DNA of 64,000 nucleotides from an uncultured Pseudomonadota bacterium (lineage in GTDB: Bacteria > Oederibacteriota > Muellerivitia > Muellerivitales > Muellerivitaceae): the NCBI GenBank assembly GCA_963843375.1, contig CAWJKT010000015.1, forward strand, positions 32,001 to 96,000, read 5' to 3'. Positions 9,040-20,646 of this stretch are shown here, piece after piece; position 1 is the first letter of the stretch, and each line of letters starts with the position of its first letter. A program made the translations under genes and the position numbers. The notes under the pieces were generated by a model. That model was not told the origin of the DNA and made no database searches. It saw only the letters and a program-made list of their open reading frames with translations.

Positions 9040-11097
9040 ATGAATATCGCTCAAAGATTATCCTCGGTCGTCCGCGAGGCAAGCCTTGAGAACCGTCCCC
9101 AACAAAACGAAATGGCCCAAGCCATCGGCCAAACTCTCGAAAAGGGCGGCTTTTTGATGGTTGAGGCCGGGACAGGGGTGGGAAAAAGTTTTGCCTATCT
9201 GATCCCCGCTTTGGAATATGCCCTCAAGAACGGCGGACCCGTCGTGGTCTCGACTCATACTCTAACACTCCAAGAACAACTATATGAGAAAGACCTTCCT
9301 ATCGTCCTGAATGCCTTGGAGAAGGAAGGTAAGGGGCTGGCTTCGGCGGTTTTAATGAAGGGACGGGGAAATTATCTTTCAAAACGTCGATTGGGTTTGG
9401 CCCTTGAAAATAAACCGCAAATGGATTTCGATGGGGAGAATTCCCAACTTTTAAAAATCCAGGAATGGGCCTCCACCTCCATGGAGGGGACTTTGGCTTC
9501 CGTCGGATTCCTGGTCCCTTCCGAAGTCTGGGGTGAAGTTAAAAGCGACCCTTTTCATTGTTTGGGGCCCAAGTGCCAGACTTTTAAAACTTGTTTTTAT
9601 CACTCGGTTAGGCAAAAAGGGCATGGAGCCCACATCATCTTGGTGAACCATGCTCTTCTCTTGGCGGATTTGTCCTTGAAAATGGAAGAGGAACAAGGTG
9701 TCCTTCCACCTTATGAGGTCCTGATTGTGGATGAGGCTCACCACCTCCCAGCTTTGGCCGCCGAACATTTGGCTACCAGTTTCTCCTTTACTGATTGCAT
9801 AGGATTAATAAGACGGCTGCTTTATTCGGATGATAAATCCGATAAAGGAAAGAAAGGACTTTTTACACTTCTGCCTACCTCCGGTGCCGGAGAGGCAGTA
9901 ATGGAATTCAAGGCCGCCGTGGAAGGTTTTTTTAATGAGATCGCTTTGTCCGCCTTTCCTGTTGCTTCCGTGAATCGCTCTTATCCTTTGCCTGCAGAAA
10001 CTCCCTCGGTTGAGAAGCTTGCTTTGCCCTTACAAAAAATCGAATATCTTTTGGAGATAGCCGAAAAATCCGCGTCTTCGGAAGAGTTGGCGATGGAAGC
10101 TAAAGGAACGCGGGAGGAATGCCGGGCACTGGTGAAACGCTTGTCTTATATATTAGAACGAGGATGGGGAGAGGAATCCTGTTATGTCGTAGAGCCGGAC
10201 GGGGCCGCTTTGCGCCGTGGGGAACGGAAAGCCTCGGCCATCAAAGCCATTCCCTTGGACGCTTCCGGCTTGTTAAGGGAACATCTTCTTTCTTCTGTCA
10301 AGTCGGTAATTTTCACAAGCGCGACTCTTTCAGTTGGCAACGATTTCGCATATTTCAAACATTCCCTGGGACTGGATGATTTTGAGGAAAAGGAAAGAGT
10401 CAAAACCCTGCTCGTCGGGTCGCCGTTTAATTATAAGAAGCAAGTGACTCTTTTTTTGCCCCGGTCCATGCCGCACCCGAAACGAGAAGAGGAAGGGTAT
10501 ACGCGGGCGGTTATCGATTATACCCGAGCTTCCTTAAAGCACTCCCACGGCAAAGCTTTCGTTCTTTTTACAAGTTTTAAAATGCTTCGGCAGGTATCCA
10601 AAGCGGTGCGTAGGGACATGGAGGAAATGGGAATTACCCTATTGATTCAGGGAGAAGAGGGGTGGGATCGTACCCGGCTTCTCAAAGTTTTTCGTGAGGA
10701 TGTCCATTCGGTCTTATTCGGGGTCAACAGTTTCTGGGAAGGGGTAGATGTACCTGGAGAGGCGCTATCCAACCTGATTATCACTAAGCTTCCTTTTCAG
10801 GTGCCCGAAGGACCGTTGGTGGAAGCCCGACATGCTCGCATGAAGGAGCAGGGATTGGAGCCGTTCCAGGTCGAAAGCTTGCCGGAAGCGGTATTGCGTT
10901 TAAAACAGGGGTTCGGCCGGTTGATTCGTACCGCTACCGATGTCGGTACTGTGACCATTCTGGATCCACGAGTAACCAGCGAGCGATGGGGAAGAGTTTT
11001 CTTGAACGCGCTCCCCGAATGCGAGGTAGTCTATCTTTCCAAGCCAGGGACTCCTGAAAAAAAGCCAAATGCTAAAACAAAAATGAAACAAAATTGA
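9040..11097 (+). CDS. dinG: DinG/YoaA family ATP-dependent DNA helicase
   Basis: EAGTGVGKS, DEAH, TSATL, FWEGVDVPG and QGFGRLIR motifs. ATG 9040 follows GGGAG (track start 9010). Confidence 0.9.
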   Translation: MNIAQRLSSVVREASLENRPQQNEMAQAIGQTLEKGGFLMVEAGTGVGKSFAYLIPALEYALKNGGPVVVSTHTLTLQEQLYEKDLPIVLNALEKEGKGLASAVLMKGRGNYLSKRRLGLALENKPQMDFDGENSQLLKIQEWASTSMEGTLASVGFLVPSEVWGEVKSDPFHCLGPKCQTFKTCFYHSVRQKGHGAHIILVNHALLLADLSLKMEEEQGVLPPYEVLIVDEAHHLPALAAEHLATSFSFTDCIGLIRRLLYSDDKSDKGKKGLFTLLPTSGAGEAVMEFKAAVEGFFNEIALSAFPVASVNRSYPLPAETPSVEKLALPLQKIEYLLEIAEKSASSEELAMEAKGTREECRALVKRLSYILERGWGEESCYVVEPDGAALRRGERKASAIKAIPLDASGLLREHLLSSVKSVIFTSATLSVGNDFAYFKHSLGLDDFEEKERVKTLLVGSPFNYKKQVTLFLPRSMPHPKREEEGYTRAVIDYTRASLKHSHGKAFVLFTSFKMLRQVSKAVRRDMEEMGITLLIQGEEGWDRTRLLKVFREDVHSVLFGVNSFWEGVDVPGEALSNLIITKLPFQVPEGPLVEARHARMKEQGLEPFQVESLPEAVLRLKQGFGRLIRTATDVGTVTILDPRVTSERWGRVFLNALPECEVVYLSKPGTPEKKPNAKTKMKQN

Positions 11098-11152
11098 GAA
11101 TTTAATGTATTCATAAGACGGGGGAACCAGATTTCGATCCAAGGAGGTTTTT

Positions 11153-11680
11153 ATGGGGAAAGGATTTTTGCTTGGAATCTTAATGTCGATCTTTACTGTT
11201 CTGGCTGGCGGATATCTTTTCGTGACAAAGGGCTGGATGCCGGCCAACGCCGATGGAACTCCACCGGCTATTGAGAAGTGGATGGCAAGAACCTCCCTTA
11301 GGGCCACCCTCCAAAGAGAAGCTCCTCAAATTCCTAACCCGGTTGCTTTGACCAATGAAAATCTGATTGTGGGAATTAAACTTTACGCTGTCAATTGCGC
11401 CGTTTGCCATGGAGCCGCCGATGGCAAGGCCTCCAATATCGCCGTGGGTCTTTACCAGCATGCGCCGCAATTGGCTATGCACGGAGTAACGGATGATCCG
11501 GATGGAAAAATCTATTGGAAAATCAAACACGGCATCCGGTTGACTGGAATGCCGGCCTTCAGTGAAACCTTAAGCGAAAACCAAATTTGGCAAATAGTGC
11601 TTTTTCTGAAAAATATGGATTCACTTACTCCGGCCGCAAGCAAAGTTTGGAATAAAGTTCCTGATTCGGGTTCGTATTAA
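11153..11680 (+). CDS. Monoheme c-type cytochrome, membrane-anchored
   Basis: N-terminal TM, CAVCH heme motif, TGMPAF axial Met, strong AAGGAGG RBS. Confidence 0.85.
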   Translation: MGKGFLLGILMSIFTVLAGGYLFVTKGWMPANADGTPPAIEKWMARTSLRATLQREAPQIPNPVALTNENLIVGIKLYAVNCAVCHGAADGKASNIAVGLYQHAPQLAMHGVTDDPDGKIYWKIKHGIRLTGMPAFSETLSENQIWQIVLFLKNMDSLTPAASKVWNKVPDSGSY

Positions 11681-11774
11681 TATACCGTTCATCAAACGAT
11701 AGTTCCTTTGCAGGATTTACTTAGGTTTGAAATTACATTGTTCCTTTCCCCTGAATTGCCTGTAAAATACCCCC

Positions 11775-12836
11775 ATGCCCCGTCCTAAAACTGCTTCCAA
11801 ACCATCTGTAAGCGACCCGACGGAAGAACTTCGCATGATGAATCCGAAAAAAAGTGGGGAGGAAGAGGAGCAAACTCTCCGGCCCCAACGTTTGGCCGAT
11901 TATGTGGGCCAATCAGCCCTCAAAGACTCCCTTTCAATCACCCTTTCAGCGGCACAAAAACGTAAAGAGGCACTGGAGCATCTATTGCTTTCGGGTCCGC
12001 CGGGACTAGGTAAAACCACTTTGGCTTCCATCATCGCAAAAGAAATGGGCGTAAATATCAAGACCACGTCAGGACCAGTCATTGAAAGGGCTGGTGACTT
12101 GGCCGCGCTTTTAACCAATCTCCAACCACATGATCTCTTGTTCATTGATGAAATACATCGGTTGCCCCGTGTGGTGGAAGAGGTGCTCTACCCCGCCATG
12201 GAAGATTTTGAGCTGGATATTATGATTGGAAAGGGACCTACGGCCCGAGCCATCCGACTTAGCCTGCCACCCTTTACGTTAGTGGGAGCAACAACCCGGT
12301 CGGGAAAGGTGAGCGCTCCTTTGAGAGACCGATTTGGGTTGTCGTTTCGTCTTGAGTTTTATACTCCGGAAGAATTGACCTCCATTGTAAAAAGATCGGC
12401 TCAGGTTCTGAAGATTGAGATTTCAAACGATGGAGCGGTGGAAATCGCTAAAAGGTCTCGTGGGACCCCGCGATTGGCAAATCGATTACTAAAGCGTGTT
12501 CGGGATTTTGCGGAAGTGAAACGCAAGGGCCACATTGACCATGAAGTTGCGGATTCGGCTTTGAAACTTTTGGAAGTCGATGGCTTGGGACTGGACCGGA
12601 TGGACAGGCGCATCCTTTCCTGTATCATAGAAAAGTTTTCAGGTGGGCCTGTGGGAATTGAAACACTTGCTATGGCGGTGGGGGAAGAGTCTGAGACTGT
12701 TGAAGATGTTTATGAATCCTATCTCGTGCAAATCGGATTTTTGCAACGAACCTCCAGTGGGCGAAAGGCTACGGTGTTGGCTTACAGGCATTTGGGTATA
12801 ACACCTCCTTCCCTCGCACAAGGTAACCTCTTGTGA
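11775..12836 (+). CDS. ruvB: Holliday junction branch migration helicase RuvB
   Basis: [34 protein letters not shown] motifs. Confidence 0.97.
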   Translation: MPRPKTASKPSVSDPTEELRMMNPKKSGEEEEQTLRPQRLADYVGQSALKDSLSITLSAAQKRKEALEHLLLSGPPGLGKTTLASIIAKEMGVNIKTTSGPVIERAGDLAALLTNLQPHDLLFIDEIHRLPRVVEEVLYPAMEDFELDIMIGKGPTARAIRLSLPPFTLVGATTRSGKVSAPLRDRFGLSFRLEFYTPEELTSIVKRSAQVLKIEISNDGAVEIAKRSRGTPRLANRLLKRVRDFAEVKRKGHIDHEVADSALKLLEVDGLGLDRMDRRILSCIIEKFSGGPVGIETLAMAVGEESETVEDVYESYLVQIGFLQRTSSGRKATVLAYRHLGITPPSLAQGNLL

Positions 12837-14101
12837 ACAGCAATAAACCTGGGCTTAAAAGAGCTGAAATCCTACTTTATTCCCTTATTACGCTTCTTGG
12901 CGTGATTATCGGCTTGGTTTTCCCCCTCTTGCAAAATTTAAAGTCCACCAGCCTCTTCTGGTTTTATGTCATTTGTGTCTTATCAGGTGTTTTTGCGGCG
13001 GGACTAATCCTTTGGGTTGTTCAAAAAATTGTTTTAAGTCCTTTGGATGAGTTTTTGGATGCGATGGAACGGGCTTCCTTGGGTGATTTGAACGTTGCGA
13101 TTGAAGGGAAATACATTGGGGATTTTCAGTCGCTGGCTCAACATTTTAACCTCATGCTTCAATCCATCCGTTCCTCAGTAGAACAACTGACGAAAAGTTC
13201 CGAGGAGACGCTCCATTTGGCCGAACAATTGACCCAAACAATCCAGCAAATGCATGGCGCCACCGAGGAAGTTTCCGCCACGATCCAAAATATATCAAAG
13301 GGCGCCGAGGAACAGGCGGTCAAGGTTCAGGAGGCTTTCAATATCATCGACAAGATGGCGGGAAACATTCAAACTTCAGCGGAGCTTTTAAGCAACTCGG
13401 AAAAGGTGGTTTCTCGGTCTAAAAATGCCTCTGCGGCGGGCAGTCACGCCGTACAACGAACCACTATCCAGATGAATGCGATCCATGAAGTAGTACAGAA
13501 TTCAGCCCGTGAGGTCACGGAACTGGGTAACCGGTCCAAAGCGATTGGAAAAGTCGTTGAAGTTATAACCCACATCTCGGACCAGACCAATTTATTGGCC
13601 TTGAATGCCGCTATCGAGGCCGCGAGAGCCGGGGAATATGGGCGGGGTTTCGCGGTAGTTGCCGAGGAAGTGAAGAAACTTGCCGATGGCTCTGCCGAAG
13701 CAGCGAACCAAATCGGCGTCATGATTCGGGAGATTCAAAAAGAAATATCGACCGTGGTCAGTACCATGAGCGCGGGTGCCGAAAAAGTTACGGAGGGTTT
13801 GGGGGTGGTCGCCCAGGGCGGGGAAGCCCTTAAAGAAATCCAGTCCGCTTCCGATGAAGTGGCATTGCAGGTGCAGGAAATCTCAAAATCTTTTGAAAAC
13901 CAAGCGGATCAAGCCGGGAAAGTAGTTGAGGCTATCACCAATATCGTGGCGGTTTCCGAGGAAAATGCCTCCGCTACAGAGGAAATCTCGGCGTCCACAG
14001 AGGAATTGACTGCTTCCATGGAATCCATGGTGGCAGCGGCCCGGCAATTGGAGGGGGTGGCCCAGCGTTTGAGGGAAGCTGCGGCTAATTTCAATGCTTA
14101 A
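12833..14101 (+). CDS. Methyl-accepting chemotaxis protein (2 TM, HAMP, no periplasmic sensor domain)
   Basis: Two TM segments with a ~10 aa loop, [41 protein letters not shown] hairpin. Confidence 0.93.
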   Translation: MNSNKPGLKRAEILLYSLITLLGVIIGLVFPLLQNLKSTSLFWFYVICVLSGVFAAGLILWVVQKIVLSPLDEFLDAMERASLGDLNVAIEGKYIGDFQSLAQHFNLMLQSIRSSVEQLTKSSEETLHLAEQLTQTIQQMHGATEEVSATIQNISKGAEEQAVKVQEAFNIIDKMAGNIQTSAELLSNSEKVVSRSKNASAAGSHAVQRTTIQMNAIHEVVQNSAREVTELGNRSKAIGKVVEVITHISDQTNLLALNAAIEAARAGEYGRGFAVVAEEVKKLADGSAEAANQIGVMIREIQKEISTVVSTMSAGAEKVTEGLGVVAQGGEALKEIQSASDEVALQVQEISKSFENQADQAGKVVEAITNIVAVSEENASATEEISASTEELTASMESMVAAARQLEGVAQRLREAAANFNA

Positions 14102-14343
14102 AAGCCCATCATCGGACTGTTCCAAAGTAGTCAATCACTTTAAAACAAGGAACTAAGAACAGGTTTTTATGGTATAGTTTCCACTCGTTTTTAAAGAAAT
14201 ATATTGTTTTTTAAATGAATCAAAGGCAAAAAATTACTCTTGAAATTATTTGACGGGTTTATATATATTTTCACCCGGTGTAAGTCCTGCGATTGACAAT
14301 TCGTCTTGAAAACTGCTAACAAAATATTTAAAAGGCTTCCCTC

Positions 14344-15288
14344 GTGATTGAAGTCAAAGATCTTGTGAAATCCTATGGATCCCTGGCTGCGGTAGATCGG
14401 GTCACTTTTTCTGTTCCCAAAGGAACTATTTTGGGTCTTTTGGGTCCTAACGGCGCAGGCAAAACCACCACTATGAGGATTTTAACTACATCGCTTGCCC
14501 CAAGCGCCGGGAAAGCTACCGTCGCCGGATTTGACGTGGTAGAGGAACCCCAAGAAGTTCGAAAAAGAATAGGTTACCTTCCGGAAATTCCCCCGATTTA
14601 TACCGATATGTCGGTTATTAATTACCTTCGATTTGTCGCGGATATTAAGGAAGTGCCTGTTGATAAAAAGGCGAACCGCGTGGGTGAAGTTTTGGAAATG
14701 CTTTCGTTGGAGGATATGAGCCGTCGGTTGATTGGTCATCTTTCCTTGGGATACCGGCAAAGGGTGGGATTGGCTCAGGCGCTTATTCACGATCCCGAAA
14801 TACTGATTCTGGACGAGCCGACCCGCGGTCTTGATCCAAAGCAAATCCTTGAGATCCGCAAACTCATCAAGTCCCTCAGCGGTAAAAAAACGATCATCCT
14901 TTCCACCCACATTTTGCCCGAGGTTTCCTCAACATGCGATGATGTGGTGATTATCGACCGTGGTAGGGTGGTGGCGGCCGATACAGTTGAAAACCTTTCA
15001 CAAAGGATTTCGGGCGGTAAAACCCTCGAAATCGAAGTGAAGGGTCCCGCGGCAGACATTGAAAAAGCCCTGCAAAAATCCGAAGGAGTCACTGCGGTCC
15101 GGTCGGTGGCGAAGGAAAATCGTGGACTTTGCAAATTCGAAGTCACCACTGATGGAAGTAATGATTCTCGGGAAGCCCTATTTCAATGCATTGTGCGAAA
15201 CAAATGGGTTCTCTATCAATTAACCCCGCTCGGGATGAGTTTGGAAGATGTCTTCTTGAAACTCACCACAAAGGATGCGACCGCATGA
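14344..15288 (+). CDS. ABC transporter ATP-binding subunit (GldA-like)
   Basis: GPNGAGKTT, LSLGYRQRVGLAQAL, ILDEPT, STHILPEV. Confidence 0.9.
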   Translation: MIEVKDLVKSYGSLAAVDRVTFSVPKGTILGLLGPNGAGKTTTMRILTTSLAPSAGKATVAGFDVVEEPQEVRKRIGYLPEIPPIYTDMSVINYLRFVADIKEVPVDKKANRVGEVLEMLSLEDMSRRLIGHLSLGYRQRVGLAQALIHDPEILILDEPTRGLDPKQILEIRKLIKSLSGKKTIILSTHILPEVSSTCDDVVIIDRGRVVAADTVENLSQRISGGKTLEIEVKGPAADIEKALQKSEGVTAVRSVAKENRGLCKFEVTTDGSNDSREALFQCIVRNKWVLYQLTPLGMSLEDVFLKLTTKDATA

Positions 15289-15998
15289 ATTCACGGAAAC
15301 TATTTGCCCTAGTTCGAAAGGAATTGACGCATTATTTTTCATCTTTTATGGGTTATGTTGTCATGTTCGCTTTTTTTGCCATCGGAGGATTTTTTTATTA
15401 TTTGATCATGGTTCAAACCCGGCAGGCCAGCATGAAGCCGGTTTTCCAAAACCTTAATGTGATTCTGCTTTTCGTAACACCCGTGATTACAATGCGGCTT
15501 TGGTCCGAAGAGGAAAAAAGCGGGACCGCTGAGCTTTTAAAAACTTCCCCCATGACTATTTGGGAAATCGTCATTGGAAAATATCTGGGAGTCTGCTGTT
15601 TCTTCCTAGTGACCTTGATCCCTACTTTCATATATCTGGCTCTTATCATGGCGACGGGAAACCCGGATATGCAGCCCATTTTAGCCAATTACATGGGTTA
15701 TATCCTTGCGGCCATGTCATTTTTTGCCTTAGGCCTCTTGGCTTCCACCTTGACCGAAAACCAAATCATCGCCGCCGTTATCACATTTGCAATGCTTTTG
15801 CTTCTATGGGTTATTGGCGCCGCCGGAGGGAACGTGCAAGGGCCGTTAGGGGATTTCCTGAAATATCTGTCGATATTCGAACATACAGACGATTTTTTTG
15901 CTGGCATTATCGATTTGAGCCATATCGTTTATTTCGCCAGCCTGATTTTCCTCGGCTTGTTCTTTTCGGTCAAAATCCTGGAAAGCAAGAGAACCTGA
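15285..15998 (+). CDS. ABC-2 permease (GldF-like)
   Basis: KEL..YFSS, TMRLWSEEEKSGT.ELL.T.P, GKYL, TENQIIA. ATGA overlap at 15285. Confidence 0.88.
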   Translation: MNSRKLFALVRKELTHYFSSFMGYVVMFAFFAIGGFFYYLIMVQTRQASMKPVFQNLNVILLFVTPVITMRLWSEEEKSGTAELLKTSPMTIWEIVIGKYLGVCCFFLVTLIPTFIYLALIMATGNPDMQPILANYMGYILAAMSFFALGLLASTLTENQIIAAVITFAMLLLLWVIGAAGGNVQGPLGDFLKYLSIFEHTDDFFAGIIDLSHIVYFASLIFLGLFFSVKILESKRT

Positions 15999-15999
15999 T

Positions 16000-17610
16000 A
16001 TGAGCTACAACTCTTTTTTGATCCAAATGCGTTCCTACAACACAATACTTTTGTCGGCCGGGCTGGCCCTCGTTATCAGCGGCCTCTTGGCCGTGGGAAT
16101 CCTCAATTCCACTAACTGGTGGAACATCGCCTTGATGGTATTGGGCCTGGTAGTCCTGGCTCTTTTTCTTCTCGCCAACTTAGCCGAAGTAAAGGCGGTT
16201 GGAAAAAAGCGATCTACCGCGGTCCGTGCTAATTTATCGTTGGTGGCCGTGGCGATGGTAGGAATCGTTATCGGTGTTAATTATATCGTATCCCGTCACC
16301 CTATCCGCTTTGACATGACCTCCAATAAAATTTATACCCTTTCCGACCAAACCCTGGATGCTTTGAAAAAGCTCACCCAGGATGTGGATGTCACCATGTT
16401 CACGTCGGCCAAACGTTCTTCCAGCGCCGAAATTCAAAAGGCCCAACAACTTTTAGAGGAATACGCCAAGAATTCAAGCAAGTTCCATTTTAAAATCGTG
16501 GATGGGGATAGGAACCCGGCCGAGGCAAGGCAGTTGAAAGTTACCGAGGCCAATACGGTCGTTTTTATGTCGGGTGACAACCGAAAAGACGTTCTTCAAC
16601 GCGATTACGTGACTTACTCACTTCAGGGTCGCCAGCCGGTCCCGAAATTCCAGGGTGAAGCCACTTTTACCTCCGCCTTGATGCAGATGACCGACTCTTC
16701 CCATTTAACCTTTTATTTCACTGAAGGGCACGGAGAGAAAGACTTCACAAGTCCCCAACCTGATGGTTTTAATGGGTTCAAAGACCTTTTAGAAAAACAA
16801 AACTACACGTTCAAGACTCAAAACATCCTTACAACTGGAAAAATTCCTGATGATGCCTCGGTTTTATGCATCATGGGACCCGAGAAGCCCTTTCAACCTT
16901 CCGAGGTCGACTTGATAAAAGCCTATCTCCTTAAAGGGGGGAAGTTGGTGGCTTGCGTGGATCCGATCGTCAAATCGGGACTTGATTCTTTATTTAAAGA
17001 TTACGGCGTCAAACTCGGAAATGACATGGTCGTGGATCCAACTATGAGTATTCCTCCCGATCCTCGAAATGTCGTACCCCAATATCAATACCATCCTATT
17101 GTCGAAAAACTTTCCAGCAGCCATGTCTTGACCATCATGCCATTTATGAGAAGCGTCCAGAAGGTTGATCCCGGGATCAAGGGCGTGACGGCGACGGTTT
17201 TTATGCAAACCACCGCGAATGGATGGGGTTTCACTGATTTTAAAGCCAAAAGTTTGAAATACCATGCGGGCATTGATACGAAGGGTCCTGTTCCCTTGGC
17301 TATCGCTTCCGAACTAGTTCTTCCGGATAATCCGGCCAAAAAGGCACGGGTGGTCGTTTATGGAGGGTCCAACTTCTTGTCCAATCAGTTCCTGCAAGCG
17401 CCAGGAAATGGGGATGTGGGTCTCAATACTTTTAGCTGGGTTGCCGAACAGGAGAATAAAATTTCTATCCATCCCAAAGAAGACGATAATCGGGTGGTCA
17501 ACTTGACGACCGTCAGCGCGGCGGTCATGCTTTATACCGCTGTTTTCATTATCCCCTTGGGTACCCTACTTATCGGCGGAATTGTTTGGTATAGACGCCG
17601 TTCCCTATGA
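16000..17610 (+). CDS. GldG family ABC auxiliary component
   Basis: RFDMTSNKIYTLSDQT, YFTEGHGEK, YLLKGGK, C-terminal TM plus WYRRR. Confidence 0.85.
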   Translation: MSYNSFLIQMRSYNTILLSAGLALVISGLLAVGILNSTNWWNIALMVLGLVVLALFLLANLAEVKAVGKKRSTAVRANLSLVAVAMVGIVIGVNYIVSRHPIRFDMTSNKIYTLSDQTLDALKKLTQDVDVTMFTSAKRSSSAEIQKAQQLLEEYAKNSSKFHFKIVDGDRNPAEARQLKVTEANTVVFMSGDNRKDVLQRDYVTYSLQGRQPVPKFQGEATFTSALMQMTDSSHLTFYFTEGHGEKDFTSPQPDGFNGFKDLLEKQNYTFKTQNILTTGKIPDDASVLCIMGPEKPFQPSEVDLIKAYLLKGGKLVACVDPIVKSGLDSLFKDYGVKLGNDMVVDPTMSIPPDPRNVVPQYQYHPIVEKLSSSHVLTIMPFMRSVQKVDPGIKGVTATVFMQTTANGWGFTDFKAKSLKYHAGIDTKGPVPLAIASELVLPDNPAKKARVVVYGGSNFLSNQFLQAPGNGDVGLNTFSWVAEQENKISIHPKEDDNRVVNLTTVSAAVMLYTAVFIIPLGTLLIGGIVWYRRRSL

Positions 17611-19053
17611 AGAACACGCTCATCTACCTCGCTGTAGCCGCTCTTTTGGGTGGTTATATCTATTTTTTCGAACGGGGTCCCGTCAAACCCAAAGATGAAG
17701 AAAAAAAGACAAAAGTATTCGATAACTTCGTCGCGGACGACATCCGGGACATCACGATCGAAAATTTGGGAACCACTTTAACCGCCAAAAAAACACCCAT
17801 CGAGTTGAAAAAAGACGATAAAGATGTTTGGCAGATCATCTCTCCCAAACCATTTAAGGCTGATGAAGCCACGATCCGCACCATGCTTACGGGTGTAGGT
17901 GACTTTGACCCTGATACCACCATTGACAATCCCACCAATTTAAAGGACTACGGCCTTGATCAACCCTCAGCTCGATGCACCTTAAAGTCTAAAAATGGCA
18001 CTTCTTTTGTTTTGCTGATAGGTGATAAAAACATGTCGAGTTCCTCCACCTACATCAAACGAGGCGATAAGAATAGCGTTTATTTAGTGGCATCTTTTGG
18101 GGCGGATAATTTAACGAAAGATCTTAATAATTACCGAAATAAGACCTTCTTTAAAACCGATCTGGTTTTGGCTCAAAAAGTCGAAATAACTCGCGATGGA
18201 AAGGCGATTACTTTTGAGAAGGACAAGGATAACAATTGGAACATCACTGAACCAATACAAGCCCGAGCCGACGAGGGTAAAATGCAGGGACCTAATGAAC
18301 AATATCAGTTCTTTAAATATCCAGGATTTTGAAAATGACAATCCATCGGGTCTTTCCAAATATGGATTATCCAAGCCCCATATTCGAATCGAAGTTTGGT
18401 CCAGTGATAGCAAAACACCCCGGAGCATCCTGATAGGCCATAAGAAGGAAAAAACGACCAACTTATACGCTGATGTATAGTGAGACCGCCTCCGTTTACC
18501 TGGTTGGCCAATATATCGACAAAACTATGGATTTGAAACTGGCTGATTTTAGGGACAAAAAGGCCATGCAATTTGACGGAGGAGCGGTTAAATCCATCAC
18601 GGTTAAGCATGGGGATTCGACCTTCGTTTACCAGAAGGATGCCAAAGGATCAATGGAATTCCCCTGGGCGGGCCGACGCCAATGGGGAAGGTACCGCTTT
18701 GGTGAACCAACTGTCCGGAATCACGATCACTGATTTTGCCGAAGAGGGGGCTTTGACCGGACTGCAGCAGCCAGCCTTTATTGTGGCGGTGGCATTGAGC
18801 CGATGGAACGATTCGAACCTTCCGTTTTGGGACCAGGGATAAGGGCAAGGTTTATTTAGCCTCGGATAAAACCAAGGACGTTTACTTGGTCGCCGATGGG
18901 GTTATTTCACTGATGGAAGTTTATTACAATACCGTCCTCACTCCTGTGCCTGCCATGAAGGTTCCAATCCGCAACGAAATAGGCTTCTTCCTCCAGTTCG
19001 TTCCAAGGGCTGACAGCATCTATCGCGGATGTTATAGTGTGCCTCATGCCTGA
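17607..19053 (+). CDS. DUF4340-domain protein, split by at least four frameshifts (probably sequence errors); 3' end approximate
   Basis: Repeated W.I..P..AD, YGL..P and VYLV motifs continue across ORFs 17607, 18196, 18473, 18573 and a frame from ~18802. Usual partner of GldAFG-like operons. Confidence 0.7.
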
Positions 19054-19820
19054 CTTGATTCCAGATCGCCCCAAATATTTGACAGAACATTTAAACGAAT
19101 TGCGACAAGGGTTGATCAAGTCCTCGGTTTTTATGTGTTCTTGGAATGGTCGCTGGCCTTTTGGAAATCGGATTTGCTTTTTGTGGTCCTTCTCAAACCC
19201 TTTCATGACTCCTTGGCCACCTTTCCCGAATTCAGTTCCCAAGTCCATACCCTGCAAACCCTCACCCCGATTGAGGCCTTCATGATCAACATGAAACTGG
19301 CCGCTATCGTGGGATTGATCTTGGCTTCTCCCTTTATTCTTTGGCAAATTTGGGGGTTTGTCGCTCCGGCCCTGAAACCCCAGGAACGCAGTGGGATTCT
19401 CATGGTCTTTTTATTGGGTTTGTTTTTCTTTTTGGGGGGGTTGGCTTTCGGTTATTTCGTAATTGTACCCATCGCCATGCGGTTTTTAATTCGATATAAC
19501 TTGGACTACCATTTCATTCCCCAATGGACCTTGCAGGGCTATTTCGGATTTGTGATGAATTTTCTTCTCGTATTCGGGTGTGTTTTTGAATTACCGCTGG
19601 TTTTAGCGGCATTAGTCACGATGGGAATCGCGACACCCGCTTTTTTGTCGCAGAAACGAAAGCACGCTATTGTTGGAATCTTTATTTTGGCCTTTTTCAT
19701 CGCCCCCAGCGCGGATCCTGGTCACACAGACCATTGTGGCCTTGCCTTTAATCGTTTTGTACGAAATTCGGGATACTTCTTTCGCGCTTGGCTTTTAGCC
19801 GTAAAAACAGGATTTCTTGA
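19046..19820 (+). CDS. tatC: Twin-arginine translocase subunit TatC (frameshifted in this sequence)
   Basis: LTEHLNELRQGLIKS, QIWGFVAPAL, FELP, and ADP/VTQ..ALPL..LYEI recovered across shifts near 19135, 19720 and 19770. Confidence 0.88.
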
Positions 19821-19858
19821 TAATGGTCGTATTTAATTCAGGTAAAAGCCCGGCTTTA

Positions 19859-19887
19859 TTGACATTTAAATAGTGAAAGTTGATAAT
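19859..19887 (+). promoter_or_regulatory. Sigma70-type promoter of fsa/tal
   Basis: TTGACA-N17-GATAAT, with a GGAGG RBS downstream. Confidence 0.7.
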
Positions 19888-19915
19888 TTTAAAAAGAAGA
19901 AGTATGGAGGACTAA

Positions 19916-20575
19916 ATGAAGTTTTTTTTAGATACAGCCAACATTGATGAAATTAAGCAGGGGGTAGCCTGGGGCCTGGTGGATGGCGTGACCACCAATC
20001 CAACTCTAGTCGCCAAAGAAGGGGTCGATTTCCACACCCGAATCAAGGAAATCTGCGCCATGGTAAATGGGTCGGTTTCGGCGGAAGTTACCGCCACCGA
20101 TTACGATGGAATGATCCGGGAAGGGCATATTCTCGCGAAGCTTCATGATAACGTGACGGTTAAGGTTCCCTTGATTCCAGAAGGCATCAAGGCCTGCCGA
20201 ACTTTGAGCCAGGAGGGAATTAAGGTCAATGTGACCCTTTGTTTTTCCCCCTCCCAGGCCCTTTTGGCCGCAAAATCCGGGGCCACTTTCATCAGCCCTT
20301 TCGTGGGCCGGTTGGACGATATTTCCGAGGATGGGATGAAGTTGGTCGGTGAAATTGTCCAAATCTACAAGAATTATGGTTACCCCACGCAGGTCCTGGC
20401 CGCTTCCTTACGGCATCCCCAGCACGTGGTCCAATCGGCACTCATGGGCGCCCACGTTGGAACCATGCCCTTTGGTGTTTTGAAGATGCTTTTCAACCAT
20501 CCTTTAACGGATATCGGCTTAAAGCGGTTCCTTGAAGATTGGGAGAAAGTCAAAGACAAGGTTATGAAGAAATAA
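19916..20575 (+). CDS. fsa: Transaldolase / fructose-6-phosphate aldolase (TalC/Fsa family)
   Basis: [19 protein letters not shown] Schiff-base Lys, [17 protein letters not shown]. Confidence 0.93.
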   Translation: MKFFLDTANIDEIKQGVAWGLVDGVTTNPTLVAKEGVDFHTRIKEICAMVNGSVSAEVTATDYDGMIREGHILAKLHDNVTVKVPLIPEGIKACRTLSQEGIKVNVTLCFSPSQALLAAKSGATFISPFVGRLDDISEDGMKLVGEIVQIYKNYGYPTQVLAASLRHPQHVVQSALMGAHVGTMPFGVLKMLFNHPLTDIGLKRFLEDWEKVKDKVMKK

Positions 20576-20595
20576 TTTTTCAAATATTTTTACGT

Positions 20596-20626
20596 AAAAA
20601 AGGGCGGCCATTGGCCGCCCTTTTTT
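20596..20626. terminator. Bidirectional Rho-independent terminator
   Basis: AAAAAAGGGCGGCC-ATT-GGCCGCCCTTTTTT. Confidence 0.9.
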
Positions 20627-20646
20627 ATTGGGCTCGAAAGGCGAAA

